Below, in pieces: positions 37,981-48,314 of a DNA stretch of 64,000 nt. The stretch is from assembly GCA_050300215.1 (NCBI GenBank), contig JBNKXG010000001.1, positions 276,627 through 340,626 on the forward strand, written 5' to 3'. The position numbers and the translations under genes are program-made. The notes beneath the pieces are model-generated. The model made no database searches and was not told the origin of the DNA. It saw only the letters and a program-made list of their open reading frames with translations. Positions within the stretch are counted from its first letter, which is position 1, and every line of letters starts with the position of its first letter. The stretch is from Opitutaceae bacterium. Lineage in GTDB: Bacteria > Verrucomicrobiota > Verrucomicrobiia > Opitutales > Opitutaceae.

Positions 37981-38002
37981 TAGAAATTTCCAGCCCGAAC
38001 CC

Positions 38003-39250
38003 ATGAGCGATCCAGTCAACCACGAGCAAGACGACTCCACCCAAATCCGCATGAAAGTGATCGGAGTGGGCGGAGCGGGCTCGAACATTGTTGACCGGCT
38101 CATGCTATCGCAGGTTTCGGGAGTGGACTTGGTCGCGGTCAATACAGACCTGCAGGCCCTCGCTGACTCTCCCGTCGTCGAGAAGCTCTGTATTGGGAAA
38201 TCCGTTACCGGAGGTTTGGGAACGGGAGGCGATGCCGAGGTGGGCCGTGAAGCAGCCTTAAAGCATATCGATGCCATTGACGCCTTGGTGAGCGACGTGG
38301 ATTTGCTCTTCATCACTGCTGGCCTAGGAGGCGGCACCGGTACGGGAGCGGCTCCGGTTATTGCCGAGCAAGCGCTTCGCAGCGGAGCCATCGTCATCGC
38401 ATTTGTAGCGCTGCCCTTTACCATTGAGCGCTCCGCTCGTGGCAATCTCGCCCAAGAAGGCCTCAAGCGCCTTCGCGATACTTGTAACGCGGTGGTGCCT
38501 TTGCCCAATGACTTGCTCATTCAGGAGTCGGATCCGGACGCATCCTTGCTCGACGCTTTCGCGAAGGCGGACGCGTGGATCGAGAAGGCGATTCGCTCGA
38601 TCTGGTGCATGATGAACAAGACGGGCATGATCAATTTGGACTTCGCCCAGCTCCGTCAGATGTTGGCGAAGAAGGCGGGCAAGACACTGTTTGGATTGGG
38701 AAGCGGCGACGGTGAAAACGCAGCGGTCGAGGCAGTTGCGGACTTGAGGCTTTGCCCGTTGTTGCACACTCCGGAATTTTCCAAGAAAGCAGACCAGCTG
38801 CTGGTAAATATCGTGGGCGGAACGCGTATCGGGATGGCCGATACGCAGATGATCATGGAAGCGGTTTCCGAGGAATTCGGGGCTGACGCGAATGTAACCA
38901 TGGGGGCAGTCGTCGACGAGGATCTCGGAGATTCCGTGGAAATCTGTATCCTTGGCACGAGCGAGGTGAGCAGCGTCCCGTTTACCAAAGTCCTGAAGCC
39001 GAGGGCTTCGAGCTCGGCCAAAAGCGAGGAGCTTGCTCCGCGTGAAAAGACCGAAACGGCGCCTCGAAAGAAGGTCCCGGCTTCACGTCCTACCACTCAC
39101 AAGAGCGTGAAGAACGCGGCCCAGGAGGAATTCTCGTTTTCCGAAGGCGACCCCAAGGGCGAGTTCGAGAATGCCGATGGCACCCTTTTCGAAGGACAGG
39201 ATTTGGATTCGCCTACCTACCTGCGCCGTGGGGTGAAGATCGTTCTTTAG
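38003..39250 (+). CDS. ftsZ: Cell division GTPase FtsZ
   Basis: IGVGGAGSNIV and the tubulin signature GLGGGTGTGAAPVIA. A long disordered linker is followed by the C-terminal peptide DSPTYLRRGVKIVL. ATG at 38003 is preferred over the extension into ftsA. Confidence 0.95.
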   Translation: MSDPVNHEQDDSTQIRMKVIGVGGAGSNIVDRLMLSQVSGVDLVAVNTDLQALADSPVVEKLCIGKSVTGGLGTGGDAEVGREAALKHIDAIDALVSDVDLLFITAGLGGGTGTGAAPVIAEQALRSGAIVIAFVALPFTIERSARGNLAQEGLKRLRDTCNAVVPLPNDLLIQESDPDASLLDAFAKADAWIEKAIRSIWCMMNKTGMINLDFAQLRQMLAKKAGKTLFGLGSGDGENAAVEAVADLRLCPLLHTPEFSKKADQLLVNIVGGTRIGMADTQMIMEAVSEEFGADANVTMGAVVDEDLGDSVEICILGTSEVSSVPFTKVLKPRASSSAKSEELAPREKTETAPRKKVPASRPTTHKSVKNAAQEEFSFSEGDPKGEFENADGTLFEGQDLDSPTYLRRGVKIVL

Positions 39251-39395
39251 GGCGTTTTTCGCTCGGTATGTCGCGTAAGGAGGGTCGGCTTCTCTCGGAG
39301 AAGACGATTTTCTGGGAGGCCAACGCGCAGAGCGTCTTCGGAGAAGCCGCGCCACCCTTGTTGAAATATCCCGTCTGCTTGTAGCGGGACGTATA

Positions 39396-40967
39396 TCAAT
39401 TGAAAGAGGAGGTGGAAAACGAATCGCTGGTGCGGTGGGATTCGTCGAAACTCCAAGGATCGTCTGAATTTGAAGGGGTGGAACGTGGTTTGAACGCCTT
39501 TCTTGAAAATGGTTTTTGTGTACTCGAAGATTCGATACCAAGTATTTCGGAAAGCTCCTCCACCATGTTGTGAAGTCTGTTGGCCTGTTGGTCGAGTTGG
39601 ACCGTAGCGCTTGCTGTTTCCTCAGCCGAAGCCGCGTTGGTTTGGGTGACTCGGTCCATTTGGCTGAGCGCTGAATTCAGCTGGGTGATACCGGCTGACT
39701 GTTCTTGGGAAGAGGTGGCCATGTTGCGCATCAGCTCGTCCATCTCGAAGGCTTTGTTGCAAATCCGTTCCAGTACTTCGGCAACGCGCTCGCTGGTGCG
39801 CAGTCCCGCTTCACTGCGCTGGGTAGATTCCTCGATACGGTCGGAGGTTTCGCGTGCGGCTTTTGCGCATCGCTGGGCGAGGGCGCGAACTTCGTCGGCT
39901 ACGACTGCGAATCCCGCTCCCGCTTCGCCGGCTCGAGCGGCTTCAACGGCAGCGTTGAGGGCGAGGATGTTGGTTTGGAATGCGATTTCGTCGATCGTCT
40001 TCAAAGTGCTTGCTATGTTTCCGCTGGATTCCGCGATTCGCTTCATGGCCTCAATCATGGAGCTCATTTCCGAGCTGCCTTGTTGGGCGGCAAGAGTCGT
40101 CTCCTCCGAGACGTTTTTGATCTGTTGAGCGGCGGTGGCGCTGCTCTGAATGGTGGCGGAGCTTTCTTCGAGCGAAGCGCTTGTCTCTTCCAAGGAAGCG
40201 GCTTGCTCGGACGCTCCCTCTGCGACACGACGGCTGCTGTCGCTAATCTGGGAGGTGGTTTCGGCTGTCTCGGAGGCGGTGGTTGCTATGCTGTTGGCAA
40301 TACTCTTGAGCTTGTTTGCAGTCGTGTATCCGATTTTCCACGTCATGAGAGCTCCGACGGCAAGACTCACGATTATGCTGCTCATGATTGTAACCAATCC
40401 GCGAGTTGCGGCGCTCATGGAGTCTTCCTTGATTTCGCCGGTGCGACCTTCGAGGCTTTTGGTAAGCTTGTCGATTTGCTCCCGAGCCGCGTTGAACTGG
40501 CTGAGGACCTCTGTTTTCACAAATTTGATGCCGGTAGCCCTTGTTACGGGATTCGTACTGGAGAGTTGCGTTATCGCCTGATCGCAGGCGTTACGCCAGC
40601 TGATGAAACCGGATTCGAACGCCTCTTGGTCGCGGCGTACTTCGCTATCGGCGTAAGGTGAAACGGCCACCTTGAAGAGTTCCCAACGCTCGGCGACTTG
40701 TTCGATATTATCTGTAGAATCTTTGATCAGGGCTGATCGGCTTTTGTCGCTTGTATTGCCGAGTATGAGTTGAGCGACGAGCGCTTGGTGCATGTCTTTG
40801 TCGAGTTGGAGCAAATACTCCGTCGCGGGAAGGACATTGTTGGAGAAGAGATCGAGGTCCTTCAATATCGACTTGTTGGTGTAGATGCCGACTCCTCCGA
40901 TCATAAGACTGAGAAGAGATAGTGTCGCGAATGCGAGGGTGGTCTTTTTCGAGAACGTAAGTTTCAT
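39396..40967 (-). CDS. Methyl-accepting chemotaxis protein (four-helix-bundle type sensor)
   Basis: N-terminal TM followed by a helical periplasmic region and a second TM. The signalling domain reads [37 protein letters not shown]. Confidence 0.9.
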   Translation of the reverse strand: MKLTFSKKTTLAFATLSLLSLMIGGVGIYTNKSILKDLDLFSNNVLPATEYLLQLDKDMHQALVAQLILGNTSDKSRSALIKDSTDNIEQVAERWELFKVAVSPYADSEVRRDQEAFESGFISWRNACDQAITQLSSTNPVTRATGIKFVKTEVLSQFNAAREQIDKLTKSLEGRTGEIKEDSMSAATRGLVTIMSSIIVSLAVGALMTWKIGYTTANKLKSIANSIATTASETAETTSQISDSSRRVAEGASEQAASLEETSASLEESSATIQSSATAAQQIKNVSEETTLAAQQGSSEMSSMIEAMKRIAESSGNIASTLKTIDEIAFQTNILALNAAVEAARAGEAGAGFAVVADEVRALAQRCAKAARETSDRIEESTQRSEAGLRTSERVAEVLERICNKAFEMDELMRNMATSSQEQSAGITQLNSALSQMDRVTQTNAASAEETASATVQLDQQANRLHNMVEELSEILGIESSSTQKPFSRKAFKPRSTPSNSDDPWSFDESHRTSDSFSTSSFN

Positions 40968-41337
40968 GCTAACTTCTTTAGTGTGGATCAGGTCTTCAGG
41001 CTCTATCGATACATAGGCTTGGGAGCTTAAGCTCGAAATGCCTTAGGTACTGCACATTCTATGCTTTTTTCCGATATTGAGGAGAAGTCCCTGTTCTTAT
41101 CTGGGGAAGATCTCTCGGTCCTAAACTGGGGCGATGCTTGTTCGTTGTTATGCCGACTTTTTCCGCGAAGCGATTCGAAGAGTTTTCAGTTAGTTCCTGG
41201 AAGGATGCTGGGATGGCATAGGCTCGAGCGCGGCGAAGCGGGCTTGGTCAAGAAGGCCAAGCACCATGCTACAAGCGTGGTTCGCTCGCTTTTGATTAAT
41301 GGCCTTATGGAAGGCCTCGGAGTTGACCGGAGTCCGT

Positions 41338-41559
41338 CTAGCGCAGCCAGACTTGACGCGAGCGGGGGTTGCCCGAGCATTCGAAGTCGAGTCCTTCTTC
41401 GTCGAGGAATTCTTCGAGCTCAGAGACGGAAAAATCGTAGCCATCCTCTTTGGCGGCTGCGACGAATTTTTCTTTCGTTTCGATGACGTTGTACTTCGCT
41501 CGGAGAACCTTGTCGGAACCGCCAGCAAGCAGGAGTTTTTCTACGCTTTCTTTTGACAT
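41338..41559 (-). CDS. Nif11-like domain small protein (possible leader-peptide-type precursor)
   Basis: 73-aa protein: MSKESVEKLLLAGGSDKVLRAKYNVIETKEKFVAAAKEDGYDFSVSELEEFLDEEG-LDFECSGNPRSRQVWLR. The first ~55 aa follow the Nif11 pattern (helical, ...AAKEDGYDFS..EL). Codon usage resembles its neighbours. Confidence 0.6.
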   Translation of the reverse strand: MSKESVEKLLLAGGSDKVLRAKYNVIETKEKFVAAAKEDGYDFSVSELEEFLDEEGLDFECSGNPRSRQVWLR

Positions 41560-41711
41560 GATTTGCTTGAGTTTGAAGCAAACCGGGAAGCAGCGCGTGT
41601 ACCACTCCTAGCGTTTGATCGAATCAGAGCAGCAGTAATTACTCCACTTTATGGATACGATAAGAGTGGTCGGTTGCCGTTTTAGGGGCTATATTTTCGG
41701 GCGAGCAGTGC

Positions 41712-43502
41712 TTAAAGCGTAGCGATGTAGTTTCGCCAGTTGCCGTACTGCGTGACCTCGGTCGCTTCTGCGGTGGCGTAGGTTTCGCAGGAGAAGCCTT
41801 TGACGTGGGTGCCGTCGGCGAGCTCGACGTTGGCGATACCGAGAGGGGCGAGAATCTGGGCGACAAAGGCGGCCCATTGGGATTTGGGCAGATCCCAAAT
41901 CTCCAGTTCGATAGTGGCGCCGTTTTGTGAATCGCGGATCATGCCGGGCTTGGGAGGCGTGGTGCCCGGGAGGGCGAAGAGTCGATAGTGCGGGCTGGTG
42001 GCGGCAGTTCGATTAAAGGTGGCCCCGAGCTCGGTGAGCTGGTGGTTGAGGGGGAGGCCGCTCATGTGGGCGCCGCAGACGGCGATGGGAAGGGAGTCGT
42101 AGGTGGTGGGCTGGAGCTTGGCGTAGACTGTGTGTTCGGTAGCTCCGAGGGGGAGATCGCTGGCCTTTTGTAGTTGGTTGGCGATGACGAGAAGCTTTTC
42201 GTCGTGGAAGGCGGGAGCGATGAGGGTGATGCCGAAAGGCATCTTTTTCGGAGTGAAACCTGTAGGGACCGCGATGGAGGCGAGGTCGAGCAGGTTCATG
42301 AAGTTGGTATAGTATCCGAGGTTTGAATTCAGCTGGATGGGATTGGCCTCGACTTCGGCGATGGTGTAGTGGGTGCCGGCAGTGGGTGTTGCGAGGAAGT
42401 CGACCGAGTCCCAAAGGGGTAGTGTCTCCTGGCGGAAGGCTTGCAGTTTGTAGGAGGCGTCGAAGGCGTCTACCGCGGTGCCGTCGATGCCTTTCTCGAT
42501 GATGGCGCGGGTGACGGGGTGGAGGCTATCAGGCGCTTCTTTGATGAGCTCTTGGATGGCCCAGTAGCGCTCGGCAACCCATGGACCTTCGTAGAGGAGG
42601 CGGGCGGCGGCGAGGAAGGGAGAGAAGTCGATAACTTGGCGCTTGAAGCCGAGGGACTCGAGGCGCTCAAGGGATTTGAGGTAGAGATCGAGGTAGGCTT
42701 CGTCGCCGAAGAATTGGAGTTGCTCCGGTGAAGGCACCCCGAAAGTCATGCCTGGGCGATAGGTGCGGCGCGGTGTATCGAGATTTTGGGGAGTGTGACG
42801 CGAATAGGCGTCGGAAGCGTCGAAGCCTTGGGCGATGCGGAGAGCGCTTTGGGCGTCGGCGGCGTTGAGGGCGAAGATGGAAATGCAGTCCAGCGACTTG
42901 CAGGCGGGGACGAGGCCGGAATTGCTGAGCAGACCGCGGGATGGCTTGAGGCCGACGAGGTTGTTGAAACAAGCCGGGACGCGACCGGAGCCAGCAGTGT
43001 CGGTGCCGAGCGAGAAGGAAACTTGTCCAAGGGCAACGGATACGGCGGAGCCGGAGCTGGAGCCGCCGGGGATGTACTCTGGGTTGAAGGCGTTGCCGGG
43101 AACTCCGTAGGGAGAGCGGACGCCGACGAGCCCGGTGGCGAATTGGTCAAGATTGGTTTTACCGATAGGAATAGCTCCGGCGGCGCGAAGCTGGGCGACT
43201 ACGGTGGCGTCGGATTTGGCGAAATAGCGAAAGTCAGGACAAGCGGCGGTGGTGGGAAGGTTGGCGACGTCGATATTGTCTTTGACGGCGAAGGGGATGC
43301 CGTAGAGCGGGAGTTCCGCGGGGTTCTTGCTTTCGAGCTCGGCGGCTTGGGCGAGGAGGCGTTCAGCCGAGTCAACGCATATCCAGATTTTGGAGTCGCC
43401 TGATTCGATGCGGTCGAGGGTCTCGCGGATGATGTCGGTGGGCGTGAAATCTCCAGCAATGTAGCCTTGGCGGAGGGTGGTAATGTCGAAAGAGAGAGTC
43501 AT
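41712..43502 (-). CDS. Allophanate hydrolase (amidase signature family plus C-terminal AtzF-type domain)
   Basis: 596 aa with the amidase signature GGSSSGSAVSVALG and a conserved KDNIDV. The C-terminal ~120 aa is typical of allophanate hydrolases. It lies next to the urea carboxylase gene. Confidence 0.9.
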   Translation of the reverse strand: MTLSFDITTLRQGYIAGDFTPTDIIRETLDRIESGDSKIWICVDSAERLLAQAAELESKNPAELPLYGIPFAVKDNIDVANLPTTAACPDFRYFAKSDATVVAQLRAAGAIPIGKTNLDQFATGLVGVRSPYGVPGNAFNPEYIPGGSSSGSAVSVALGQVSFSLGTDTAGSGRVPACFNNLVGLKPSRGLLSNSGLVPACKSLDCISIFALNAADAQSALRIAQGFDASDAYSRHTPQNLDTPRRTYRPGMTFGVPSPEQLQFFGDEAYLDLYLKSLERLESLGFKRQVIDFSPFLAAARLLYEGPWVAERYWAIQELIKEAPDSLHPVTRAIIEKGIDGTAVDAFDASYKLQAFRQETLPLWDSVDFLATPTAGTHYTIAEVEANPIQLNSNLGYYTNFMNLLDLASIAVPTGFTPKKMPFGITLIAPAFHDEKLLVIANQLQKASDLPLGATEHTVYAKLQPTTYDSLPIAVCGAHMSGLPLNHQLTELGATFNRTAATSPHYRLFALPGTTPPKPGMIRDSQNGATIELEIWDLPKSQWAAFVAQILAPLGIANVELADGTHVKGFSCETYATAEATEVTQYGNWRNYIATL

Positions 43503-43508
43503 GTGTTA

Positions 43509-43787
43509 TTTGCCCACGAAGGACACGAAGTTCACTAAATCGGGAATGGATTTGGGATGAATGGGTTGCTCTTTTTTTTACCGCAGATGGACGCAGATGG
43601 GGAGGCTTGTGTTTGGTGGCGGTTGTGGGATTGCTCTGATGAGCAAGGTAGCGTGTTGTTGGGTTGTGTTTTTTTGCCTGTGACGGGCACGAATGGGCAC
43701 TAATTGATTTTAAAAGTATGAGTGAGGATTCGTGAGATTGGTGGGTTCACGAAGCTTTCGTTTTTCTTCGTGTACTTCGTGGGCAAA
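43509..43787. repeat. About 280-nt intergenic block bounded by 22-nt inverted repeats (MITE-like)
   Basis: TTTGCCCACGAAGGACACGAAG (43509-43530) pairs with CTTCGTGTACTTCGTGGGCAAA (43766-43787), matching at 21 of 22 positions. The block also contains the 85-nt repeat at 43563-43648. Confidence 0.45.
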
Positions 43788-43790
43788 AAA

Positions 43791-46700
43791 TTACGTTCTA
43801 AGAATTACTAGGTTTTGGCCTTTGTTGGAGGGGGATCCTTCTTGGGTGAGGAGTTGTTCGATGGTGCCGTCGGCGGGGGCGTTGATGTTGATTTCCATCT
43901 TCATGGATTCGACTATGAGGAGTACGTCGCCCTTTTTGACGGTGTCGCCTTCTTGTACGCAGATTTTCCATACGCTGCCGGGGACGTGGCTTTGGATGGC
44001 GCGGCAACCTTCGGGAATTTCGTTTTCTTCGATGGCTCCGCTAGAGAGTTCCTCGGCGACGTAGGTGGCTTGACCGGTTTCGATCCAGCGTTGGCGTTCG
44101 GCGTCGAAGGAGGCTTGTTGGTGGTCCTTGAAGGTCTTGATGTCTGCTTCGTTGTCCGAGAGAAACTTGTTGTACTCGGCGAGATCGAAGGTGGATTCTT
44201 CGACGCGGAGCTGGAAGCGGCCATGGACGAAGTCTTCGCGCATGGTGAGGAGCTCTTCTGAGGAGACTTCGTAGAAGCGGATTTGGTCGAAGAAGCGCAG
44301 GAGCCAGGGCTTTCCTTCCTTGAAGTCTTTGGTTTGCTTGTAGCGGTTCCACATTTGCACGGTTCTGCCGACGAACTGGTAGCCACCGGGGCCTTCCATG
44401 CCGTAGACGCAGAGGTAGGCACCGCCGATACCGACTGCGTTCTCCGGAGTCCAGGTGCGGGCGGGATTGTACTTTGTAGTGACGAGGCGGTGACGCGGAT
44501 CGACGGGGGTGGCGACGGGAGCGCCGAGGTAGACGTCGCCGAGGCCCATGACGAGGTAGGAGGCGTTGAAGAGGATGTCCTTGACGTCCTGGATCGAATC
44601 GAGGCCGTTGATACGGCGGATGAATTCGATGTTTGATGGGCACCACGGAGCGTTTTTGCGCACGGACTCGTATTTTTGGATAGCGAGCTGGGTGGCGGCG
44701 TCGTCCCATGAAAGCGGAAGGTAGACGGTGCGAGTGGGCACCTTCATCTCGGTTATGGCAGGGAGCTCGTCTTCGATTTGCTTGAGGCGGTCGACGAGGG
44801 TGTCGAGCGGGAGCTGCAAGCTTTGGTAGTGGATCTGAAGAGAGCGGATGCCGGGAGTGAGTTCTTGGATACCGGGAATGTTGGCGGACCGGACGGCTTC
44901 CATGAGAGCGTGAGCTCGGAAGCGGAGGTTGAGGTCGAGCTTCATTTCTCCGTATTCGACGAGCAGATACGCGTCGCCGGCGCGGCGGTAGGTGACGGCG
45001 GGGCGGTCGAGGATGGGCTGTTCTTCGATTTGTTCGAGGATGGCGTCATTTAGGCCGAAGCGCGACGCAAGGTCGCTTCCCACGGGAGAGGACGAATCGG
45101 AGAAAACTGTCTCTTGGGCGGCTTCGAGTTTGGTGGCGGTGCTTTGGTCGACTTTGGTGAAGCGGATGGTGTCGCCGGGCTTGAGTTGGCCCATTATCCA
45201 GAGGTCGGCTTTGATGATGGTAGCGGGGCAGACAAAGCCGCCGAGACTGGGGCCGTCGGGGCCGAGGATGACGGGCATGTCGCCGGTGAAGTCGATCGCT
45301 CCGATGGCGTAGGCGTTGTCGTGGATATTGGATGGATGAAGGCCCGCTTCGCCGCCGTCGGTGCGGGCCCACTTTGGCTTGGGACCGATGAGGCGCACGC
45401 CGGTACGGGCGGAGTTGTAGTGCACCTCCCAGTTGGCGGCGAAGAAGGTTTCGATGTCTTCGTCTGTGAAAAAGTCGGGCGCTCCGTGCGGGCCGTAGAG
45501 GACGCGGATATTCCAGTTGTTGGTGTATTCGGGAAGCTGTGACGGGAGGACGGTGGAGAGAGATTGAAGCTCTTGCGCGGATCGCGACGCTAGGTCGCTT
45601 CCCACATGGTGGTGGAAGTGGAGGACGTCGCCGGGGAGGAGGGTGCGTCCGCAGTGTCCTCCGAATTGCCCGAGCGTGAAGGTGGATTTCGAATCGAGGT
45701 AGTCGGGAACGTCGAAGCCTCCTTGGATGGAAAGGTAGGCGCGGCAGCCGTGTTCGGTGATTTTTCCGCAGTCAAGCTCGTCGCCGACGGCGATGGGGAT
45801 GGGCTGCCAGAAGGGTACGGGTTCGCCGTTGAGAGTGGCGTTGGTGGTAGCTCCGGTTAGGACGATGGTGGTGGCGTGGTTGAAGGCCAAGGTAGGGCCT
45901 GTCACCGTAATTTCGATACCGGCAGCGGATTCGGGGTTGCCGAGGATCTTGTTGCCGAGACGGAAGGAGTAGGGATCGAAGGGGCCGGAGGGCGGGACGC
46001 CGATGTCCCAGTAGCCGACGCGTCCGGGATAGTCTTGGATGGTGGTTTGGGTTCCCGCTTCGAGTACGTCGATGGTGCGGGGATGGTAGACGAGGGAGTC
46101 GCAGAACTTGGTGGTGTGCTCGGCGTCGAGAAAAGCGGGAGCGGCGAGGATGTTCTCTAGGTATTCGAGGTTGGTTTCGATGCCTTCGACTCGAGAGTCG
46201 GCGAGGGCTGTAGCGAGCTTTTTGATCGCGTCGTTACGATCGCTGCCTTTGGCGATGACTTTGGAGAGCAGGGGATCGTAGAAGGCGGAGACTTCGGTTG
46301 AGGTTTCGATCCAGGAATCGACGCGTACGTCGGAGGGGAAGTGGACTTGGGTGAGGAGGCCGGATGAGGGTTGGAAGTCCTTATTTGGGTCTTCGGCGTA
46401 GACGCGGGCTTGGATGGCGGCTCCGGTAGGTTTGATGGAAAGCGTATCCAGATCTGGCATCTCGCCCGCGGCTTGCTTGATCATCCACTCGACGAGATCG
46501 ACTCCGGTGACTTCTTCGGTGACGCAGTGTTCGACTTGAAGGCGGGTATTGACTTCGAGGAAGTAGAACTGGGCGGCATCGACGTCGTAGACGAATTCGA
46601 CGGTGCCGGCAGAGCGGTAGTTGACGCCTTTGGCGAGGCGGACGGCGGTATCCAGAAGTTCCTGACGCTGGCTTTCGGAGAGGGCGGGAGCGGGGGTTTC

Positions 46701-47417
46701 TTCGATGACCTTTTGGTTGCGGCGCTGCACGGAGCAATCGCGTTCGCCGAGGGCGATGACTTTGCCTTGGCCGTCGCCGAAGATTTGGGCTTCAATGTGG
46801 CGGGCGCGTTGGACGAACTTTTCGAGGAAGATTCCGGCGTTGGCGAAATTGTTTTGTCCGAGGCGTTTTACGGATTCGTAGGCGTCGCGGAGTTCGATCT
46901 CGGTCCAGCAGAGGCGCATGCCGATGCCTCCGCCGCCGGCGGTGGATTTGAGCATGACTGGGTAGCCGATGCGAGTGGCTTCGGAGCAGGCTTCTTCGAG
47001 CGTATCCACGAGGTCGCTACCGGGGAGGAGCGGAGCGTCGTTGGCGACGGCGATTTCGCGAGCGGTATGCTTGAGGCCGAACTCGATCATTTGCTGAGGA
47101 GTTGGGCCGATGAAGGCGAGGCCTGCGGCTTCGACTTGGGTGGCGAAGTCGGCGTTTTCGGAGAGTAGGCCGTAGCCGGGATGGATGGCTTGGGCTCCGG
47201 TGGATTGGGCGGCGGCGAGGATGGCTGCGGTGTTCAGGTAGCTCTCCTTGACAGGGGCGGGGCCGAGGCGGATGGCTTCATCGGCGAGGTCGACGTGTTG
47301 GGCGAAGCGGTCGGCGTCGGAGTAGACGGCGACGGACTGGATGCCCATCTTGCGAAGGGTGCGGATGATGCGGCAGGCGATTTCGCCTCGGTTGGCTATG
47401 AGAACTTTGTTGAACAC
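43791..47417 (-). CDS. Biotin-dependent urea carboxylase family enzyme (urea or guanidine carboxylase)
   Basis: 1208 aa. The biotin carboxylase N-terminus reads [20 protein letters not shown]. The central region resembles allophanate-hydrolase subunits 1/2 (KipI/KipA-like carboxyltransferase domains). The C-terminal biotinyl motif is IVESMKMEI. Confidence 0.95.
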   Translation of the reverse strand: MFNKVLIANRGEIACRIIRTLRKMGIQSVAVYSDADRFAQHVDLADEAIRLGPAPVKESYLNTAAILAAAQSTGAQAIHPGYGLLSENADFATQVEAAGLAFIGPTPQQMIEFGLKHTAREIAVANDAPLLPGSDLVDTLEEACSEATRIGYPVMLKSTAGGGGIGMRLCWTEIELRDAYESVKRLGQNNFANAGIFLEKFVQRARHIEAQIFGDGQGKVIALGERDCSVQRRNQKVIEETPAPALSESQRQELLDTAVRLAKGVNYRSAGTVEFVYDVDAAQFYFLEVNTRLQVEHCVTEEVTGVDLVEWMIKQAAGEMPDLDTLSIKPTGAAIQARVYAEDPNKDFQPSSGLLTQVHFPSDVRVDSWIETSTEVSAFYDPLLSKVIAKGSDRNDAIKKLATALADSRVEGIETNLEYLENILAAPAFLDAEHTTKFCDSLVYHPRTIDVLEAGTQTTIQDYPGRVGYWDIGVPPSGPFDPYSFRLGNKILGNPESAAGIEITVTGPTLAFNHATTIVLTGATTNATLNGEPVPFWQPIPIAVGDELDCGKITEHGCRAYLSIQGGFDVPDYLDSKSTFTLGQFGGHCGRTLLPGDVLHFHHHVGSDLASRSAQELQSLSTVLPSQLPEYTNNWNIRVLYGPHGAPDFFTDEDIETFFAANWEVHYNSARTGVRLIGPKPKWARTDGGEAGLHPSNIHDNAYAIGAIDFTGDMPVILGPDGPSLGGFVCPATIIKADLWIMGQLKPGDTIRFTKVDQSTATKLEAAQETVFSDSSSPVGSDLASRFGLNDAILEQIEEQPILDRPAVTYRRAGDAYLLVEYGEMKLDLNLRFRAHALMEAVRSANIPGIQELTPGIRSLQIHYQSLQLPLDTLVDRLKQIEDELPAITEMKVPTRTVYLPLSWDDAATQLAIQKYESVRKNAPWCPSNIEFIRRINGLDSIQDVKDILFNASYLVMGLGDVYLGAPVATPVDPRHRLVTTKYNPARTWTPENAVGIGGAYLCVYGMEGPGGYQFVGRTVQMWNRYKQTKDFKEGKPWLLRFFDQIRFYEVSSEELLTMREDFVHGRFQLRVEESTFDLAEYNKFLSDNEADIKTFKDHQQASFDAERQRWIETGQATYVAEELSSGAIEENEIPEGCRAIQSHVPGSVWKICVQEGDTVKKGDVLLIVESMKMEININAPADGTIEQLLTQEGSPSNKGQNLVILRT

Positions 47418-47449
47418 GGTGGTTTGGTGGAGAGTGATTGGGTTGTGCT

Positions 47450-47534
47450 TTTTTTACCGCAGATGGACGCAGATGGGGTGTTTTGTGTTTGGTGGCGGTG
47501 GTGGGATTGCTCTGATGAGCAAGGGGGCGGTTTT
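47450..47534. repeat. Second copy of the 85-nt repeat GGGTTG..TTTTTTACCGCAGATGGACGCAGATGGGG..GTGTTTGGTGGCGGTKGTGGGATTGCTCTGATGAGCAAGG
   Basis: Roughly 90% identical by eye to 43563-43648, in the same orientation. It includes the hairpin TTGCTC-tgat-GAGCAA. Confidence 0.7.
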
Positions 47535-47578
47535 TAGAATTCTTTGTGCCGTTTGCGGTAGAGTACTGTTTTGCTGGT

Positions 47579-48214
47579 TTAGTCCCAGATGAGGGCTTCG
47601 ACGGGGGTGGGATTGTAGGCGTTGCAGGGGTTGTTGAGCTGCGGGCAGTTGGAGATGAGGGCGATGACGTCCATGAGGGCGACCATCTCGACGTAGCGGC
47701 CGGGGGCGGAGATGCCGTCGGCGAAGCTGAGTCCGCCTTCGGGGGTGACGGGCACGTTCATGAAGAAGTTGATGTTGCAGGTGATGTCGCGTTTGCCGAG
47801 GTCGTCGGAGTGGTCGTGGAGGCCGCAGATGAAGGAGTCGCGGCAGGCGTGCATGGGCTCCTTTTCGATTGCGTAACGCATGGTGTTGGATTCGCGGGAG
47901 CAGGCGCCGCCGATGGTGTCGTGGCGTCCGCAGGTGTCGGCGGTGATCTCGAGGAGGGCGTTGCCTTGGCTCGACATGAGCTTGGTGCCGGTGGTGAGGT
48001 AGAGGGCTTGTTGACAGCGGATGGTGTCGCTGGCGGAGTAGCGGTCTACGGGGTCGTGGGCGTTGTAGAAGAGTGTATCCGCTGCTTGGTTACCTTCGAG
48101 GTCGAGGATGCGGAAGGTTTGGCCTTTTTTGATGACGTGGCTCCAGTGGTCGCCAGCTTTGATGACCTGGCGGTAGACGGCGTCGGCGGGATTGAGGGTG
48201 GATTCGGTTAGCAT
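47579..48214 (-). CDS. DUF1989 protein (urea-carboxylase-associated protein 2 / carboxyguanidine deiminase subunit-like)
   Basis: 211 aa and paralogous to the upstream 238-aa protein, sharing DTLFYNAHD.., DT.G.HDT..G.C. It lies immediately upstream of the carboxylase. Confidence 0.85.
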   Translation of the reverse strand: MLTESTLNPADAVYRQVIKAGDHWSHVIKKGQTFRILDLEGNQAADTLFYNAHDPVDRYSASDTIRCQQALYLTTGTKLMSSQGNALLEITADTCGRHDTIGGACSRESNTMRYAIEKEPMHACRDSFICGLHDHSDDLGKRDITCNINFFMNVPVTPEGGLSFADGISAPGRYVEMVALMDVIALISNCPQLNNPCNAYNPTPVEALIWD

Positions 48215-48226
48215 GGTGGAGAAATT

Positions 48227-48308
48227 GGTAATTATGAATTATGAAGGATGAATTATGAGGGGACTGGATCGGGGTGGTGTGGACGCGGGCTGAAGCACCG
48301 CGCTACGC
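48227..48308. repeat. AT-rich repeat AATTATGAATTATGAAGGATGAAT followed by a copy of the REP-like element
   Basis: GGTAATTATGAATTATGAAGGATGAATTATGAGGGG lies at 48227-48262, and a related copy at 49037-49072. GGACGCGGGCTGAAGCACCGCGCTACGC lies at 48281-48308. Confidence 0.6.
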
Positions 48309-48314
48309 TTCTTG

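Noticed and set aside
43631-43648. CTGATGAG inside the 85-nt repeat, reminiscent of the hammerhead ribozyme core.
   Set aside because: Neither copy has an appropriately placed GAAA/stem III or a cleavage-site triplet. The flanking TTGCTC/GAGCAA simply forms a small hairpin with CTGATGAG spanning the loop.
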